Below are positions 18,121 through 27,264 of a stretch of DNA of 64,000 nucleotides, piece after piece. The notes beneath the pieces were generated by a model, which was given only the letters and a program-made list of their open reading frames with translations, did no database searches and was not told the DNA's origin. The stretch lies in IMG/VR virus record IMGVR_UViG_3300020048_000042, positions 58,313 through 122,312 of that record; one strand, written 5' to 3'. The DNA comes from a virus. The position numbers and the translations under genes are program-made. Each line of letters opens with the position of its first letter. Within the stretch, counting starts at the first letter, position 1.

Positions 18121-18509
18121 TAAAGGTAGATACCTAAGTCATGTCCAAGTGCAATACATTCTTCTATTGCGTTGGACATTTCTTGTTTAGTGCAGATACT
18201 AAAGCTTTTAAATGATGCTGGAGTTGTTTCTGAGGCTGGTATATGTAAACCTGTTCTCTCCTTAATCAACAACTTAATTTCTTGAGTTGTATGACCAGTT
18301 GAATTTGATATTTCTCTGATAAGTGCATGCACTTTTGCTAGTTGCCCAGCTGTCTTGTCATCTCCATTGATAGCTGTGATATAAGCTTCAATTTCTTGGC
18401 CCTTTTTAGCCCCTGTAGCAAACAGTTTTAGTTTACCTGCATCTTCTTTAGACGCAGGCACTAAAGTTCCATCTGCAGCAATTATAATTTTAATTACTAC
18501 GTTATGCAT
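18117..18509 (-). CDS. NinB/YbcN-like protein
   Basis: TAGQLAKVHALIREIS..TGHT..EIK..IK, and S...TKQEMSNAIEEC pattern. Confidence 0.55.
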   Translation of the reverse strand: MHNVVIKIIIAADGTLVPASKEDAGKLKLFATGAKKGQEIEAYITAINGDDKTAGQLAKVHALIREISNSTGHTTQEIKLLIKERTGLHIPASETTPASFKSFSICTKQEMSNAIEECIALGHDLGIYLY

Positions 18510-19608
18510 ATGTCATTGGATCTGTGTAAACAATTTTCTCTGGATCTATATCTTTCAATGCTTCAGATACCCAATCCATATCTACAGTGTCAGCATAAGC
18601 AAGTATGTGAATAGTTGCTTTTTCTTTTGGGTTTAGTCTTAATAGACGCCCTATACGCTGACTGCTTTGTCTTTCATTGCTATATGAGTGCAATATAATT
18701 CCTGACTTTAAGTTTGGAATATTCACACCTTCATTTAGTTGTTGGACACAAGCAAGTTTTGTAATGTTTCCTGATTTGAACTGATATAAATTCTCTTCAC
18801 TGTCTGGATTCTTACTGTGGTAACTATTCTCACAAACCCAGTCTGCTTGCTCAGTAGTATTACAAAACACAATGCATTTGTCATGAATCATATTCATTAA
18901 TTCTTTTGCATATCGTTCCTTTGTAGGAAATGACATCAAAGCTTTCATGCGTAAGATTCTTTTCATTTGCAAATCTTTAGGACTCATCAGTCTTGACAAC
19001 TGACTTGTCCAATATGCATATGCTTGCGTTTCACTGTTCATAAAGAAACCACCATCGCGTTTTTTAACACGCATAGTTTTTTCATTGTTTAGTGGCAAAA
19101 CATGCACAATAATCTTATAGTCATTTAAGATTTCATCTCCAACAGCATCATTTGTGATGTAGGAATACACCATTGGACAGAAATTATTGACCATACGACC
19201 TTTCTCAGAAGTTTTATAACGTGGAGGCGTACCTGTAAGTCCTAAAATTCTTCCTGTATAAGTTGCAAGCCAATAGTCATGACTAAATTTTAGACTGTGA
19301 CACTCATCAAGAATAACAGCATCATAGTCTTTTGTTGCTTTTGCAAGCGATCTATAAGTTGTAAACTCAATATGTGGTAACAAATGTGAAAGACCATGCT
19401 TTACAGCTTCGTCTTTCCAACTTTCGTACACAGATACTTTAGGAGCAACTACTAGATACTTTTTAAACATGCAACTTACATGAATATTATCAAGGTATTT
19501 TAATCCTATAAGTGTTTTACCAACACCCATTGAGATACCTAGACCAGCTTTACGCTTCCCCTCTATCGCTTTTAAAGCTTCTTCTTGGATTATTTCGCGG
19601 TTTTTCAT
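18502..19608 (-). CDS. superfamily 2 (DEAD/H, UvsW/ResIII-like) helicase
   Basis: SMGVGKT, ILDECH, LGLTGTP, LNEGVNIP, QRIGRLLR. Confidence 0.88.
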   Translation of the reverse strand: MKNREIIQEEALKAIEGKRKAGLGISMGVGKTLIGLKYLDNIHVSCMFKKYLVVAPKVSVYESWKDEAVKHGLSHLLPHIEFTTYRSLAKATKDYDAVILDECHSLKFSHDYWLATYTGRILGLTGTPPRYKTSEKGRMVNNFCPMVYSYITNDAVGDEILNDYKIIVHVLPLNNEKTMRVKKRDGGFFMNSETQAYAYWTSQLSRLMSPKDLQMKRILRMKALMSFPTKERYAKELMNMIHDKCIVFCNTTEQADWVCENSYHSKNPDSEENLYQFKSGNITKLACVQQLNEGVNIPNLKSGIILHSYSNERQSSQRIGRLLRLNPKEKATIHILAYADTVDMDWVSEALKDIDPEKIVYTDPMTYA

Positions 19609-19849
19609 ACTTGTTATCTCTTTTTGGAGCTACTTTATAAAACTGAGTGTTTGTGTTTTCATCTTTTCTAAAACCTTTTTCCAATAATGGTTTTGTTTTA
19701 TCCACCCAGTACACATGAAGTAGTACTCTGTTAAATAATCTTACAATTGCATTAGGTCTTTTTGTAGACCATAATAATAATCCTTTCTCATCAAATGCAT
19801 CTTTTTTAGATGTCGCACCAATGATAAAATAGCCAATAAACTTTTTCAT
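19550..19849 (-). CDS. hypothetical protein
   Basis: 99-aa ORF, 3' end overlapping helicase start. Confidence 0.45.
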   Translation of the reverse strand: MKKFIGYFIIGATSKKDAFDEKGLLLWSTKRPNAIVRLFNRVLLHVYWVDKTKPLLEKGFRKDENTNTQFYKVAPKRDNKYEKPRNNPRRSFKSDRGEA

Positions 19850-20266
19850 TTAAACTGATTTTGTTTGTGATAAACTCATTTCTCTTGCCTCTTTGGGATG
19901 TGTTTCAACCCACATGTGACAAGCCATGCACAAAGGTATCCATGTAGTTTTGTCTAAGTAATAAAGTCCTCTACCTTTTGTGTGGTGAACTGTTAGTTCT
20001 TGTTTGTATACATTTAAACACCCTGGTAATTTTGCTCTGCATGTAGCATTTTCTGGAAGTTCTAAAAACTCCTTACGCATCTTGCTGTATAGTACATCAA
20101 GAATATCTTTTTTGTCAGATTTTGGTTTGATTGGTCTTTTATTTGAAGGAGATTTAGTGACCTCTTTGGAATACCAGCAGTCTTTGCAGTATTTATTTCC
20201 TTCATGATTCTTCCATATAACCTTATCAAGGTTACAACTTGCGCATTTCTTTAGTTTAACTTGCAT
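19850..20266 (-). CDS. HNH-type Zn-finger nuclease
   Basis: CASC...CKDC N-terminal finger; CRAKLPGC...VHHTKGRG...LCMACH. Confidence 0.7.
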   Translation of the reverse strand: MQVKLKKCASCNLDKVIWKNHEGNKYCKDCWYSKEVTKSPSNKRPIKPKSDKKDILDVLYSKMRKEFLELPENATCRAKLPGCLNVYKQELTVHHTKGRGLYYLDKTTWIPLCMACHMWVETHPKEAREMSLSQTKSV

Positions 20267-20288
20267 AATTTAATTTTAGCAAGCTTTC

Positions 20289-20567
20289 TTAAACTTCTAT
20301 GTTGTCAATGTCAATAAAATCACTGTCAGTTAGTTTTTCAATAATAGAAATGTCAGTCAGATCTTCTGTTGTGTCTTCATACTCAAAGTCATCATCATCA
20401 CTAACATTTGATGCAGGACCATAATACAAAACGCTTATAGCAAAAGGGTCTTCAACTTGTTGACTCCAATTTACTGACTCTAACCCATTCAGCTCTTCAT
20501 CTGACATTCTTAAATATTGCTCTACTGACAACTCAATACACTTTCCATTCTTAAGTTGGAATAACAT
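20289..20567 (-). CDS. small acidic hypothetical protein
   Basis: Probable start ATG 20567 (MLFQLKNGKCIELSVEQYL); D/E-rich C-terminus; TATATTTG -7 box at 20625-20632. Confidence 0.6.
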   Translation of the reverse strand: MLFQLKNGKCIELSVEQYLRMSDEELNGLESVNWSQQVEDPFAISVLYYGPASNVSDDDDFEYEDTTEDLTDISIIEKLTDSDFIDIDNIEV

Positions 20568-20667
20568 GTGCCTAGTGTTAAAATAAAGCACTAATTTAAA
20601 AACAAAAAAGTAAGAAAACTTTAGCAAATATAAGAAAAAAAAATATATTTTGTAATATATAGCTATG

Positions 20668-21060
20668 TTAAAACTGAGCAGTGTTATAGAAGTTTTTTAC
20701 AAAGTCTTTTATGCTCATTTTGACATTATCAACACCACTTCCAAAACTACTTATGGCAATTGATTGCTTTACAGTATCAATGGTGATTAACAAATTTGTG
20801 TCAACATAAAGTTGTGTTCCAATACCAAATCCTGTATCTGAATCCCAAGAATCTAATGGTATCATTCTGCAGAAAAGAAGTCTTGTTAAATAGTCAGGAT
20901 CATCCCATCTTTTGTTTAATGATAACGTATTGTGAACTGTTGATACTAAGGACTTTGCAGTTTTGCTTGTGTACAAATATACTCTTCCAAAAGGACTAAT
21001 TACTTCTATTTGTGCACTGTTAAGGTTGATATCTTCCATTGAAGTTACGTTTATGTACAA
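20668..21060 (-). CDS. hypothetical protein
   Basis: 130-aa ORF (RWDDPDYLTRLLF...GFGIG). Confidence 0.55.
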   Translation of the reverse strand: MYINVTSMEDINLNSAQIEVISPFGRVYLYTSKTAKSLVSTVHNTLSLNKRWDDPDYLTRLLFCRMIPLDSWDSDTGFGIGTQLYVDTNLLITIDTVKQSIAISSFGSGVDNVKMSIKDFVKNFYNTAQF

Positions 21061-21192
21061 AAAAACAACATTCTATCCATGTAAATTGAATAGTCAACTT
21101 GTACTTGTAAGGATATATAAGTGGCATCTTTTCAAAGAAGATACCAAATCCAAACTTTCTAAAGTAAAATACTATTTTTGAATAAAAATGTT

Positions 21193-21624
21193 TCATTTTC
21201 CTGTACTACCAAAACCACCCTCTCCTCTTTCAGTAGATGATAGTTCTTGCACTTCTATAATGTTAACTTTTGGAAGCTCTATGATCACAAGCTGACCAAT
21301 TCTATCACCAACTTCATACACATCACCATTTTCAAGATATCTAAACTTAAACATGATTTCTCCTCTGTAACCTGAGTCAATTACACCAACAGAATTTGAT
21401 AAATTCAATGTTGTTTTGCTTATTGAACTTCTTGGAAATATTAGACCAACATGACCTTCAGGAATCTCAAATGCTAAACCTGTTCCATATGTCACCATTG
21501 TGTTGTCTTTATTCCAATCTTCACTAATAGCTACTAAGTCTAATCCTGCATCACCTGGCTTTGCATATTGAGGGATAACTGCTTCATCTTGAAGCTTTTT
21601 GATTTTAAGTTCTATACTTTTCAT
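21193..21624 (-). CDS. dut: trimeric dUTPase
   Basis: GDAGLDL, PRSS, GVIDSGYRGE, RIGQL, RGEGGFGSTG (motifs I-V). Confidence 0.95.
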   Translation of the reverse strand: MKSIELKIKKLQDEAVIPQYAKPGDAGLDLVAISEDWNKDNTMVTYGTGLAFEIPEGHVGLIFPRSSISKTTLNLSNSVGVIDSGYRGEIMFKFRYLENGDVYEVGDRIGQLVIIELPKVNIIEVQELSSTERGEGGFGSTGK

Positions 21625-21628
21625 AAAA

Positions 21629-21659
21629 CAAATTTAAAAAATTTAATTAATTGTGTCAA
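21629..21659 (-). promoter_or_regulatory. Bacteroidota-type promoter upstream of dut
   Basis: Minus strand TTG (21657-21659)-N20-TAAATTTG (21629-21636). Confidence 0.5.
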
Positions 21660-21743
21660 CTTTTGACGCAATAACATTATATTTGTACAAGCAATGTTTC
21701 TGATTTTGCTTGTTCATAATGAAATATTTGATGGTTACACATT

Positions 21744-21772
21744 AAAGGGGGACGTTAAAATCCCCCTTTTTT
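21744..21772. terminator. intrinsic terminator ending the DUF cassette
   Basis: AAAGGGGGA-N8-TCCCCCTTTTTT. Confidence 0.75.
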
Positions 21773-21775
21773 GTT

Positions 21776-22042
21776 TTAGTCAAATATGTAAGACACTGTG
21801 TTGTGAAATGGATCAAACTCCATTTGATTTGTCTTGTAGTAAACTCCTTCATTGAGTATTACTTTTGCATGCTCATCATGTGTGATGACTGCTCCTTTTG
21901 TACCAACCTCTAGTTTAATCTGTTGTCCATCTTCTGAGAGCTTTTTATACTCAAAGATAGCCATTGATTTCATAATGTGCTTTTGTGGTTCTCCTCCTGG
22001 AGTAAGCTGCAACGTTGATGTTCTTTCCATTGTTTCTGTCAT
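21776..22042 (-). CDS. small partner of DUF6745-like protein (TH-D/E-EH motif)
   Basis: Start ATG 22042 overlaps upstream TGA; ITHDEH..VILNEGVY..NQMEFDPF. Confidence 0.65.
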   Translation of the reverse strand: MTETMERTSTLQLTPGGEPQKHIMKSMAIFEYKKLSEDGQQIKLEVGTKGAVITHDEHAKVILNEGVYYKTNQMEFDPFHNTVSYIFD

Positions 22043-22755
22043 GATGCTGAAATTAAAAGTGATTTGTACTGTGATGCGTCCAAATGATATGGTGTGCATT
22101 CTTTGCTATCTGGTGATGCTTTTGCAATAATTACGTCTCCTTGTCTGTGAATATACGAAGGATTTGTGATGTTGAGTTGCACAGTCCATGCAATTGCTTC
22201 TAAAGCATCTCCTTTTTCACCAATGTATTTTGGTACATAAATCCAATACTCACGTCCTGTAGTACTGCACCAACATCTTACTGCATATACAGTAGCGTTT
22301 TCTTGACGCCAAGAAGACGATTCTTCAGGAAAAAGTTTAGAACCTTGTATCTTGTAAAGTTCATACATATCTGTGATAGGCGTAGACATTATATTGTCTT
22401 TCTCGTCCCAAGATATTCCTTGCTTATCAAGAATTGTCTTGTGAATAAGTTCTGGTTCAAGTTCTGAGAACATTTCAGCAACACCAATTGCTTTAAAATA
22501 CAATCTGCGTATCTCAACATTCTTAAGTGCAAATGCTTCTGTAGCAGTAATGTCTTCAATACTGTCCCACATTTGAAGCATGTAATCACCTAATTCATCC
22601 ATTTGCTCATGTTTGGCAGGAGCAATTATTGCACTATGAAATTCAGGAAAGGACTTGTATGTCTTTTTCCAAATCTTTAATGCACTGTCATGGTCAACTT
22701 TCATACCTTCAACAAGGAATGCTAAGTCTTTTGGTTCAATACTAATTGTTTTCAT
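22039..22755 (-). CDS. DUF6745-like protein
   Basis: NVEIRR...IG, YELYK, VRCWCSTTGREYWIYVP, ALEAIAWT, RQGDV. Confidence 0.65.
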   Translation of the reverse strand: MKTISIEPKDLAFLVEGMKVDHDSALKIWKKTYKSFPEFHSAIIAPAKHEQMDELGDYMLQMWDSIEDITATEAFALKNVEIRRLYFKAIGVAEMFSELEPELIHKTILDKQGISWDEKDNIMSTPITDMYELYKIQGSKLFPEESSSWRQENATVYAVRCWCSTTGREYWIYVPKYIGEKGDALEAIAWTVQLNITNPSYIHRQGDVIIAKASPDSKECTPYHLDASQYKSLLISAS

Positions 22756-23425
22756 CTTCCAACATTTCTAAAAGGTTAATATGCATTGATTTTTCTTCTA
22801 CTAAATAGCCATAATACTCAAGCTCTTTAATTTTGAAAATGTAATCTTGATTTGCTTCATCTATTTCTGCGTTGTCTTTTTGAAAAACAACATGTTGCCA
22901 TCCACCATTGATATCTTCTTTTATTGCAGCTTCAAGTTTTGCAACAGATTCATTTGCTATACCTTCTTCAAGAGATTCTAAATATGTAACCAACTCATTG
23001 CTGATAATACCATTTCTTGTGGTAACACCAATAGAAACACTACCACCATCTAAAATGTTGTCATACTCTACTTCAAGAGTGTCAAAATAGAATCTTTTTG
23101 GAACTCTAATTTCAATATAATCCTTTTCAGATAATGGCAATGTATTGTGTTCATCTTCAGAGTAGCTATCAATACCTACAAATTCCTTTGTTTCTGGATC
23201 ATATATTGCTTCTCCATTAGCTGAAAACTCTCCTGCCCATGAACCATAGTCTAATTGTTCATACATTTGGTCTATTAACCATGTAGCTTCATCACAAGAA
23301 ACCTGTGAACCATCTACTTCTAAGTATACCCAGCCAGAGTCTCCTCCACCTTCCCATCTTAGAACTACCTCGCATTCTTGTGCAACTTGTGCGTCACACC
23401 AATCAATTACTTTTTGAATATTCAT
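22742..23425 (-). CDS. DUF6878-like acidic protein
   Basis: VLRWEGGGDSGWV motif, GSWAG, GEAIYD. Confidence 0.55.
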   Translation of the reverse strand: MNIQKVIDWCDAQVAQECEVVLRWEGGGDSGWVYLEVDGSQVSCDEATWLIDQMYEQLDYGSWAGEFSANGEAIYDPETKEFVGIDSYSEDEHNTLPLSEKDYIEIRVPKRFYFDTLEVEYDNILDGGSVSIGVTTRNGIISNELVTYLESLEEGIANESVAKLEAAIKEDINGGWQHVVFQKDNAEIDEANQDYIFKIKELEYYGYLVEEKSMHINLLEMLEDENN

Positions 23426-23428
23426 GTC

Positions 23429-23815
23429 TTACTTTTTTGATGTTACATAATCTGATTTGTCTTTTGCGATATCTTGAAGAACTTTTCTTCCTTCGCCTGG
23501 TTTGTACATCCAACCAGTCATTGTCATGTTGTCAAGGTAATCCTTGATTGTAGGAATCCTTCCTAGGTCTTCCATACAATGTTGTTCGCCAATTGCTCTT
23601 ACAGGTACTTTTTTACCATCAGAGTTTACAATGTATACACCAAACTCTTTCTCACACCAAAAGATACCTTCTGAGTGATGGCGTAATGCTCTATGACGCA
23701 TATCTGGATAATGCATCTTTGTTTCGTCAAACCAATTGTGAATTGGTAAATAATCTTCTTCAACACCTCCCCATTTTTTAACAGAGGAAATGCTATGATG
23801 CAGTGGATGACTCAT
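23429..23815 (-). CDS. DUF6915-like His-rich protein
   Basis: HPLHHSISSVKKWGG..DYLPIHNWFDETK...HRALRHHSEGIF...IGEQHCMEDLG.IPT..DYL. Confidence 0.75.
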   Translation of the reverse strand: MSHPLHHSISSVKKWGGVEEDYLPIHNWFDETKMHYPDMRHRALRHHSEGIFWCEKEFGVYIVNSDGKKVPVRAIGEQHCMEDLGRIPTIKDYLDNMTMTGWMYKPGEGRKVLQDIAKDKSDYVTSKK

Positions 23816-24434
23816 GATTTTCTTTTAAAGTGTAATCTAAATCTTCAAGTGTATATTTGTTCTCAAAGTGTTCTTTAAGAATCTTCTCACCTGCTTCTTG
23901 AGAAAGTTGTTCTCCATCATACCAGAATTCTATCTCTTGGTATGGCACTTTTGTCTTAAACAAAGTCGTGTAAGAATGCCTTACTTTATAGTCATTTGAT
24001 TTTACAAAACAAAACAAAGGAACGCGATCATTGTCCATTGTTGTATTGACAAGCATTAACGTTTTGTTTTCAAGTCTTTCGTACAACTTGTCTAAATCTG
24101 TTTTTGAAGTGTATCTGCCATATGCCATGTAAGGGCACGCTTGTAAAGAATACTCACCACAACTTTTGTGTACTGGTAAGTCTGCAATTGCACCTCTCTT
24201 ATGAAATACAGATGCAGGACCACCAATGAACCAACTATCATCTTTTAATTCTGTACCACAAACTGAACAACACTTTGCATAAACACAAAATGCTACCTTG
24301 TTATGATCATTGATTTTGAAATGATGAGTCTCACCTTCTTTTAAAACAATAAAGGGGACATATAGCCCCCTTTTATCTTTGTCACAATTTTCTTCAATTA
24401 CTTTTGGTACAGGTATCTCTTTGAAATGCTTCAT
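23793..24434 (-). CDS. hypothetical Cys/His-containing protein
   Basis: CCSVCG, FIGGP, PVHKSCGEYSLQACPY. Confidence 0.65.
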   Translation of the reverse strand: MKHFKEIPVPKVIEENCDKDKRGLYVPFIVLKEGETHHFKINDHNKVAFCVYAKCCSVCGTELKDDSWFIGGPASVFHKRGAIADLPVHKSCGEYSLQACPYMAYGRYTSKTDLDKLYERLENKTLMLVNTTMDNDRVPLFCFVKSNDYKVRHSYTTLFKTKVPYQEIEFWYDGEQLSQEAGEKILKEHFENKYTLEDLDYTLKENHESSTAS

Positions 24435-24439
24435 ATCTG

Positions 24440-24697
24440 TTATAGAATTGATTTGTTTTTTCTAGAGTTCATTGCCTCTACGAATTCATCAACTTTAAAA
24501 GCTGAATAAGGCATAACCATGCCATTGCGATTGTAGTACTCAATTCGTTCTATCTTATGCGCTAAAGCTTGCTCTAAGGGCATATAATCTGAACGCCAAT
24601 AATCTTTGTTGCGTACTTTTCTCCAGTCATCAAAACTAAAGTCAATAGTCAAATTTGCAAGAGTATCCTTTAAACGCTTACTCTGATACGTTTCCAT
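24440..24697 (-). CDS. hypothetical protein
   Basis: 85-aa ORF in tightly packed array. Confidence 0.5.
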   Translation of the reverse strand: METYQSKRLKDTLANLTIDFSFDDWRKVRNKDYWRSDYMPLEQALAHKIERIEYYNRNGMVMPYSAFKVDEFVEAMNSRKNKSIL

Positions 24698-25004
24698 CTG
24701 ATGATGGTTCTTCTATCACGGTTTCTTCTACCACAGACTCTTCTGGTTGTGCAAGTTTTAAATCTTTGATAGCAAACTCAATTGCCATGTAAACAAGCTT
24801 TGCAACTGCACTCCATTTAGCAAATGATTTGTGTGAAAATCTACCAGAAAATACAAAACCACTCATTCTGTCCCCAGGTATAACTTCAAAACTATTAGCA
24901 GCTTCATCAACTTTCAATAAAACTGTTGCTGTTTCTACTTTACCCTCTGTTGTGGTATATTCTTCTGTGAACTTATAAGTTCTACTTGATGTTTCAATGT
25001 TCAT
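24678..25004 (-). CDS. hypothetical protein
   Basis: 108-aa ORF. Confidence 0.55.
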   Translation of the reverse strand: MNIETSSRTYKFTEEYTTTEGKVETATVLLKVDEAANSFEVIPGDRMSGFVFSGRFSHKSFAKWSAVAKLVYMAIEFAIKDLKLAQPEESVVEETVIEEPSSDGNVSE

Positions 25005-25227
25005 CTTCTTCGTTTTGTTCTATGTTAAACTGATCACCTATTCTACGCAATGTATTGGCAAGGTGTTTAGCCAGGTTTCTGAGAGATTCAATCTCTAATG
25101 TGCTCAACCACTCATCTTGTTTAGTAGTTGGGCAATCTTCAAAGCATGTTGGTTCACGCTTATCTTCGTCGTCAAACTTGTGAAATATGTAGACACCACT
25201 TAAGCCTCTACGATTTACTTTTTCCAT
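24994..25227 (-). CDS. hypothetical protein
   Basis: 77-aa ORF (RRGLSGVY...PTCFEDC...Q..WL). Confidence 0.6.
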   Translation of the reverse strand: MEKVNRRGLSGVYIFHKFDDEDKREPTCFEDCPTTKQDEWLSTLEIESLRNLAKHLANTLRRIGDQFNIEQNEEDEH

Positions 25228-25474
25228 GCAGGTGATCTAAAAGGTTTTCTTTAATAATATCTTCAGCAATTTCTAATGCTGGTGGCTGTTGCTCAATCCA
25301 AATGATCTCAGTAACTTCTACCATATCATTTTCTAAATCACTTTCAACAGCTACTGTGAAATCAAAATCTCTTAGCTGTGCTTCGTCATCAGTTTCTGAA
25401 ACATCAGAACTGTAAGTACCAGAGTAAAACTCAATTCTACCAAAAGGTTTTTGCTCAATTTTAAATCTTCCCAT
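25208..25474 (-). CDS. small acidic hypothetical protein
   Basis: Probable start ATG 25474 (MGRFKIEQKPFG). Confidence 0.55.
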   Translation of the reverse strand: MGRFKIEQKPFGRIEFYSGTYSSDVSETDDEAQLRDFDFTVAVESDLENDMVEVTEIIWIEQQPPALEIAEDIIKENLLDHLHGKSKS

Positions 25475-25535
25475 AATGTGTAAATAAAAAAGCACTTGCC
25501 TAGACAAATGCTTTAGTTAATAGTAATCAAAACTC

Positions 25536-25727
25536 TTAGTTCTTTTTAAGGTTTGGATTTTTTTGAAAATTAATGTAAGACTGAGCACCACGCAGTGTTT
25601 CGTAACACACTCTTGTTGGTGATTTCTTTGACATAACATACTCCCACTTTGTAAAAAAGAACAATACTGTTTTTTTATACTGTACGCAGTAGTACCCTGT
25701 TTGCTCATGAACAATTCTGTACTCCAT
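25536..25727 (-). CDS. hypothetical protein
   Basis: 63-aa ORF; TATATTTG -7 box at 25768-25775 upstream. Confidence 0.5.
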   Translation of the reverse strand: MEYRIVHEQTGYYCVQYKKTVLFFFTKWEYVMSKKSPTRVCYETLRGAQSYINFQKNPNLKKN

Positions 25728-25785
25728 AATTTAAACTTTTAAAGGTTACACTTAAACAATTTTGTGACAAATATACTAAATTGTT

Positions 25786-26088
25786 TTATATAACTGTTTT
25801 GCGTTTACACTTTGGAGAGCATCCTAAGTTGATAGAAAAACTAAAGTCTCTTTTCTCATACTCTTTCAGCTTTAAAGTTTTGTCATTCAGGTACTTATCT
25901 AAGATTTCATCAAACTTTTCTTGTTCCATTTCATGTTCAAGAAACTTGATATCTTTTCTACCTTCTGAGTTAACTTCTGCCTCTTCATAAAGTTTATCAA
26001 AATCTGCAGGTGGATCACACGCTGCATACATTTCTCTGTAGCAATCAAAAGCTGCTTTTGTCAATTGCTCTAATCTTTTTTTACCCAT
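25786..26088 (-). CDS. hypothetical protein
   Basis: 100-aa ORF. Confidence 0.55.
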   Translation of the reverse strand: MGKKRLEQLTKAAFDCYREMYAACDPPADFDKLYEEAEVNSEGRKDIKFLEHEMEQEKFDEILDKYLNDKTLKLKEYEKRDFSFSINLGCSPKCKRKTVI

Positions 26089-26090
26089 GA

Positions 26091-26327
26091 TTAAAGTGGT
26101 GTTGATTTTAATGTCTCAAAAATTGCTTGCACTTCTGCAACAGCTTCTTCCTCATCTTCAATCTCATTCACTTTAAAAGCCATTACACCAAACATACACA
26201 TCATTCCTGCAAGAAACCCTTTGCGCATTTCAGTGTACTGAAGGTCATCTTTAGGCATTGCACCTAGACCAATCGTTTCCATGAAGGTATCAAACTCTTC
26301 ATCTGGATTTAATAGTTTACTACTCAT
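26091..26327 (-). CDS. hypothetical protein
   Basis: 78-aa ORF (QYTEMRKGFLAG). Confidence 0.55.
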   Translation of the reverse strand: MSSKLLNPDEEFDTFMETIGLGAMPKDDLQYTEMRKGFLAGMMCMFGVMAFKVNEIEDEEEAVAEVQAIFETLKSTPL

Positions 26328-26375
26328 ACTTTTTCTGTTTTTAATTGTTCTTCATCTAAATAATATAAATCTGTT

Positions 26376-26636
26376 TTAAATGTTTTTTTTAAAACTCACT
26401 TTTATAAAATACTTTAAGGCATCCCAAAAAGATTTAGGAAAATAAATATTGTATAAGTAAATGGTTCTAGGAGCTACAATAAACCCTTTCTTTAGTTTTT
26501 GTGCATCTACGTGATGGTTATCTTTATAAATCCAACATAACCAATACTTTTTACTTTTTAATATTATTCTACCTTGTATAGGATACTTTTGAGCATCTTC
26601 TCTTTTTACACCTCTATAGTCATAAAATGTTCTCAT
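26376..26636 (-). CDS. hypothetical basic protein
   Basis: 86-aa ORF. Confidence 0.45.
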   Translation of the reverse strand: MRTFYDYRGVKREDAQKYPIQGRIILKSKKYWLCWIYKDNHHVDAQKLKKGFIVAPRTIYLYNIYFPKSFWDALKYFIKVSFKKNI

Positions 26637-26659
26637 ACTTCTGTTATTAGTCTTTTGTT

Positions 26660-27055
26660 TTAATATGATTTACCTGTTTCTTTTTCATACTTCATTTGCC
26701 ATTCAGATGCCTTTGCTAAATCAAAATGATGATTATAAAAATCTGTTGCCAGTAATAAAAGTGTTGAATCATACATTTCTTTTGTCACATACATTTTAGT
26801 CCAAATAGCTTCTATCTTTTCTAAACTTTTTCTAACATCATGACCTTCACTAATCCATTTTTCATATATGCCATAATTACCATGAAAATCTACAGGAAAA
26901 GTCATGATGAATGCATAAGGATCTTTATTATAATTAGTGTTTTCTTTTACAAAAATTGGTACTTCTTCAAGAGGTTTTTGCCAACCTAATTCTGTCATTA
27001 TGAGATCAGTCTTAGGTGTATCATATACTTTTTGTATAAATGCATTTTCTTCCAT
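26660..27055 (-). CDS. hypothetical protein
   Basis: 131-aa ORF, 1-nt overlap with upstream gene. Confidence 0.5.
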   Translation of the reverse strand: MEENAFIQKVYDTPKTDLIMTELGWQKPLEEVPIFVKENTNYNKDPYAFIMTFPVDFHGNYGIYEKWISEGHDVRKSLEKIEAIWTKMYVTKEMYDSTLLLLATDFYNHHFDLAKASEWQMKYEKETGKSY

Positions 27056-27264
27056 TAGTCTTCTATTTTAGCATTATACAATTCTTCATGATATTCTTTC
27101 CACATTTCTGTAGGTACTCTATAGTACTCAGGATCATTTGGAATACTAACTTCACCTGAATCATAATAATTAAATGCAGGATGATAATCAGGATTTTCTT
27201 TAAACCAAAGAGCAGATGCTTTTTTAATTTTAGAATACCATTCTTCTTTTCTTTCTTGTGTCAT
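27055..27264 (-). CDS. hypothetical protein
   Basis: 69-aa ORF, stop/start overlaps on both sides. Confidence 0.5.
   Translation of the reverse strand: MTQERKEEWYSKIKKASALWFKENPDYHPAFNYYDSGEVSIPNDPEYYRVPTEMWKEYHEELYNAKIED

Noticed and set aside
21776-22755. Programmed frameshift fusing the DUF6745-like gene to its partner
   Set aside because: The genes join by a normal ATGA stop/start overlap and no slippery heptamer with a downstream structure was found
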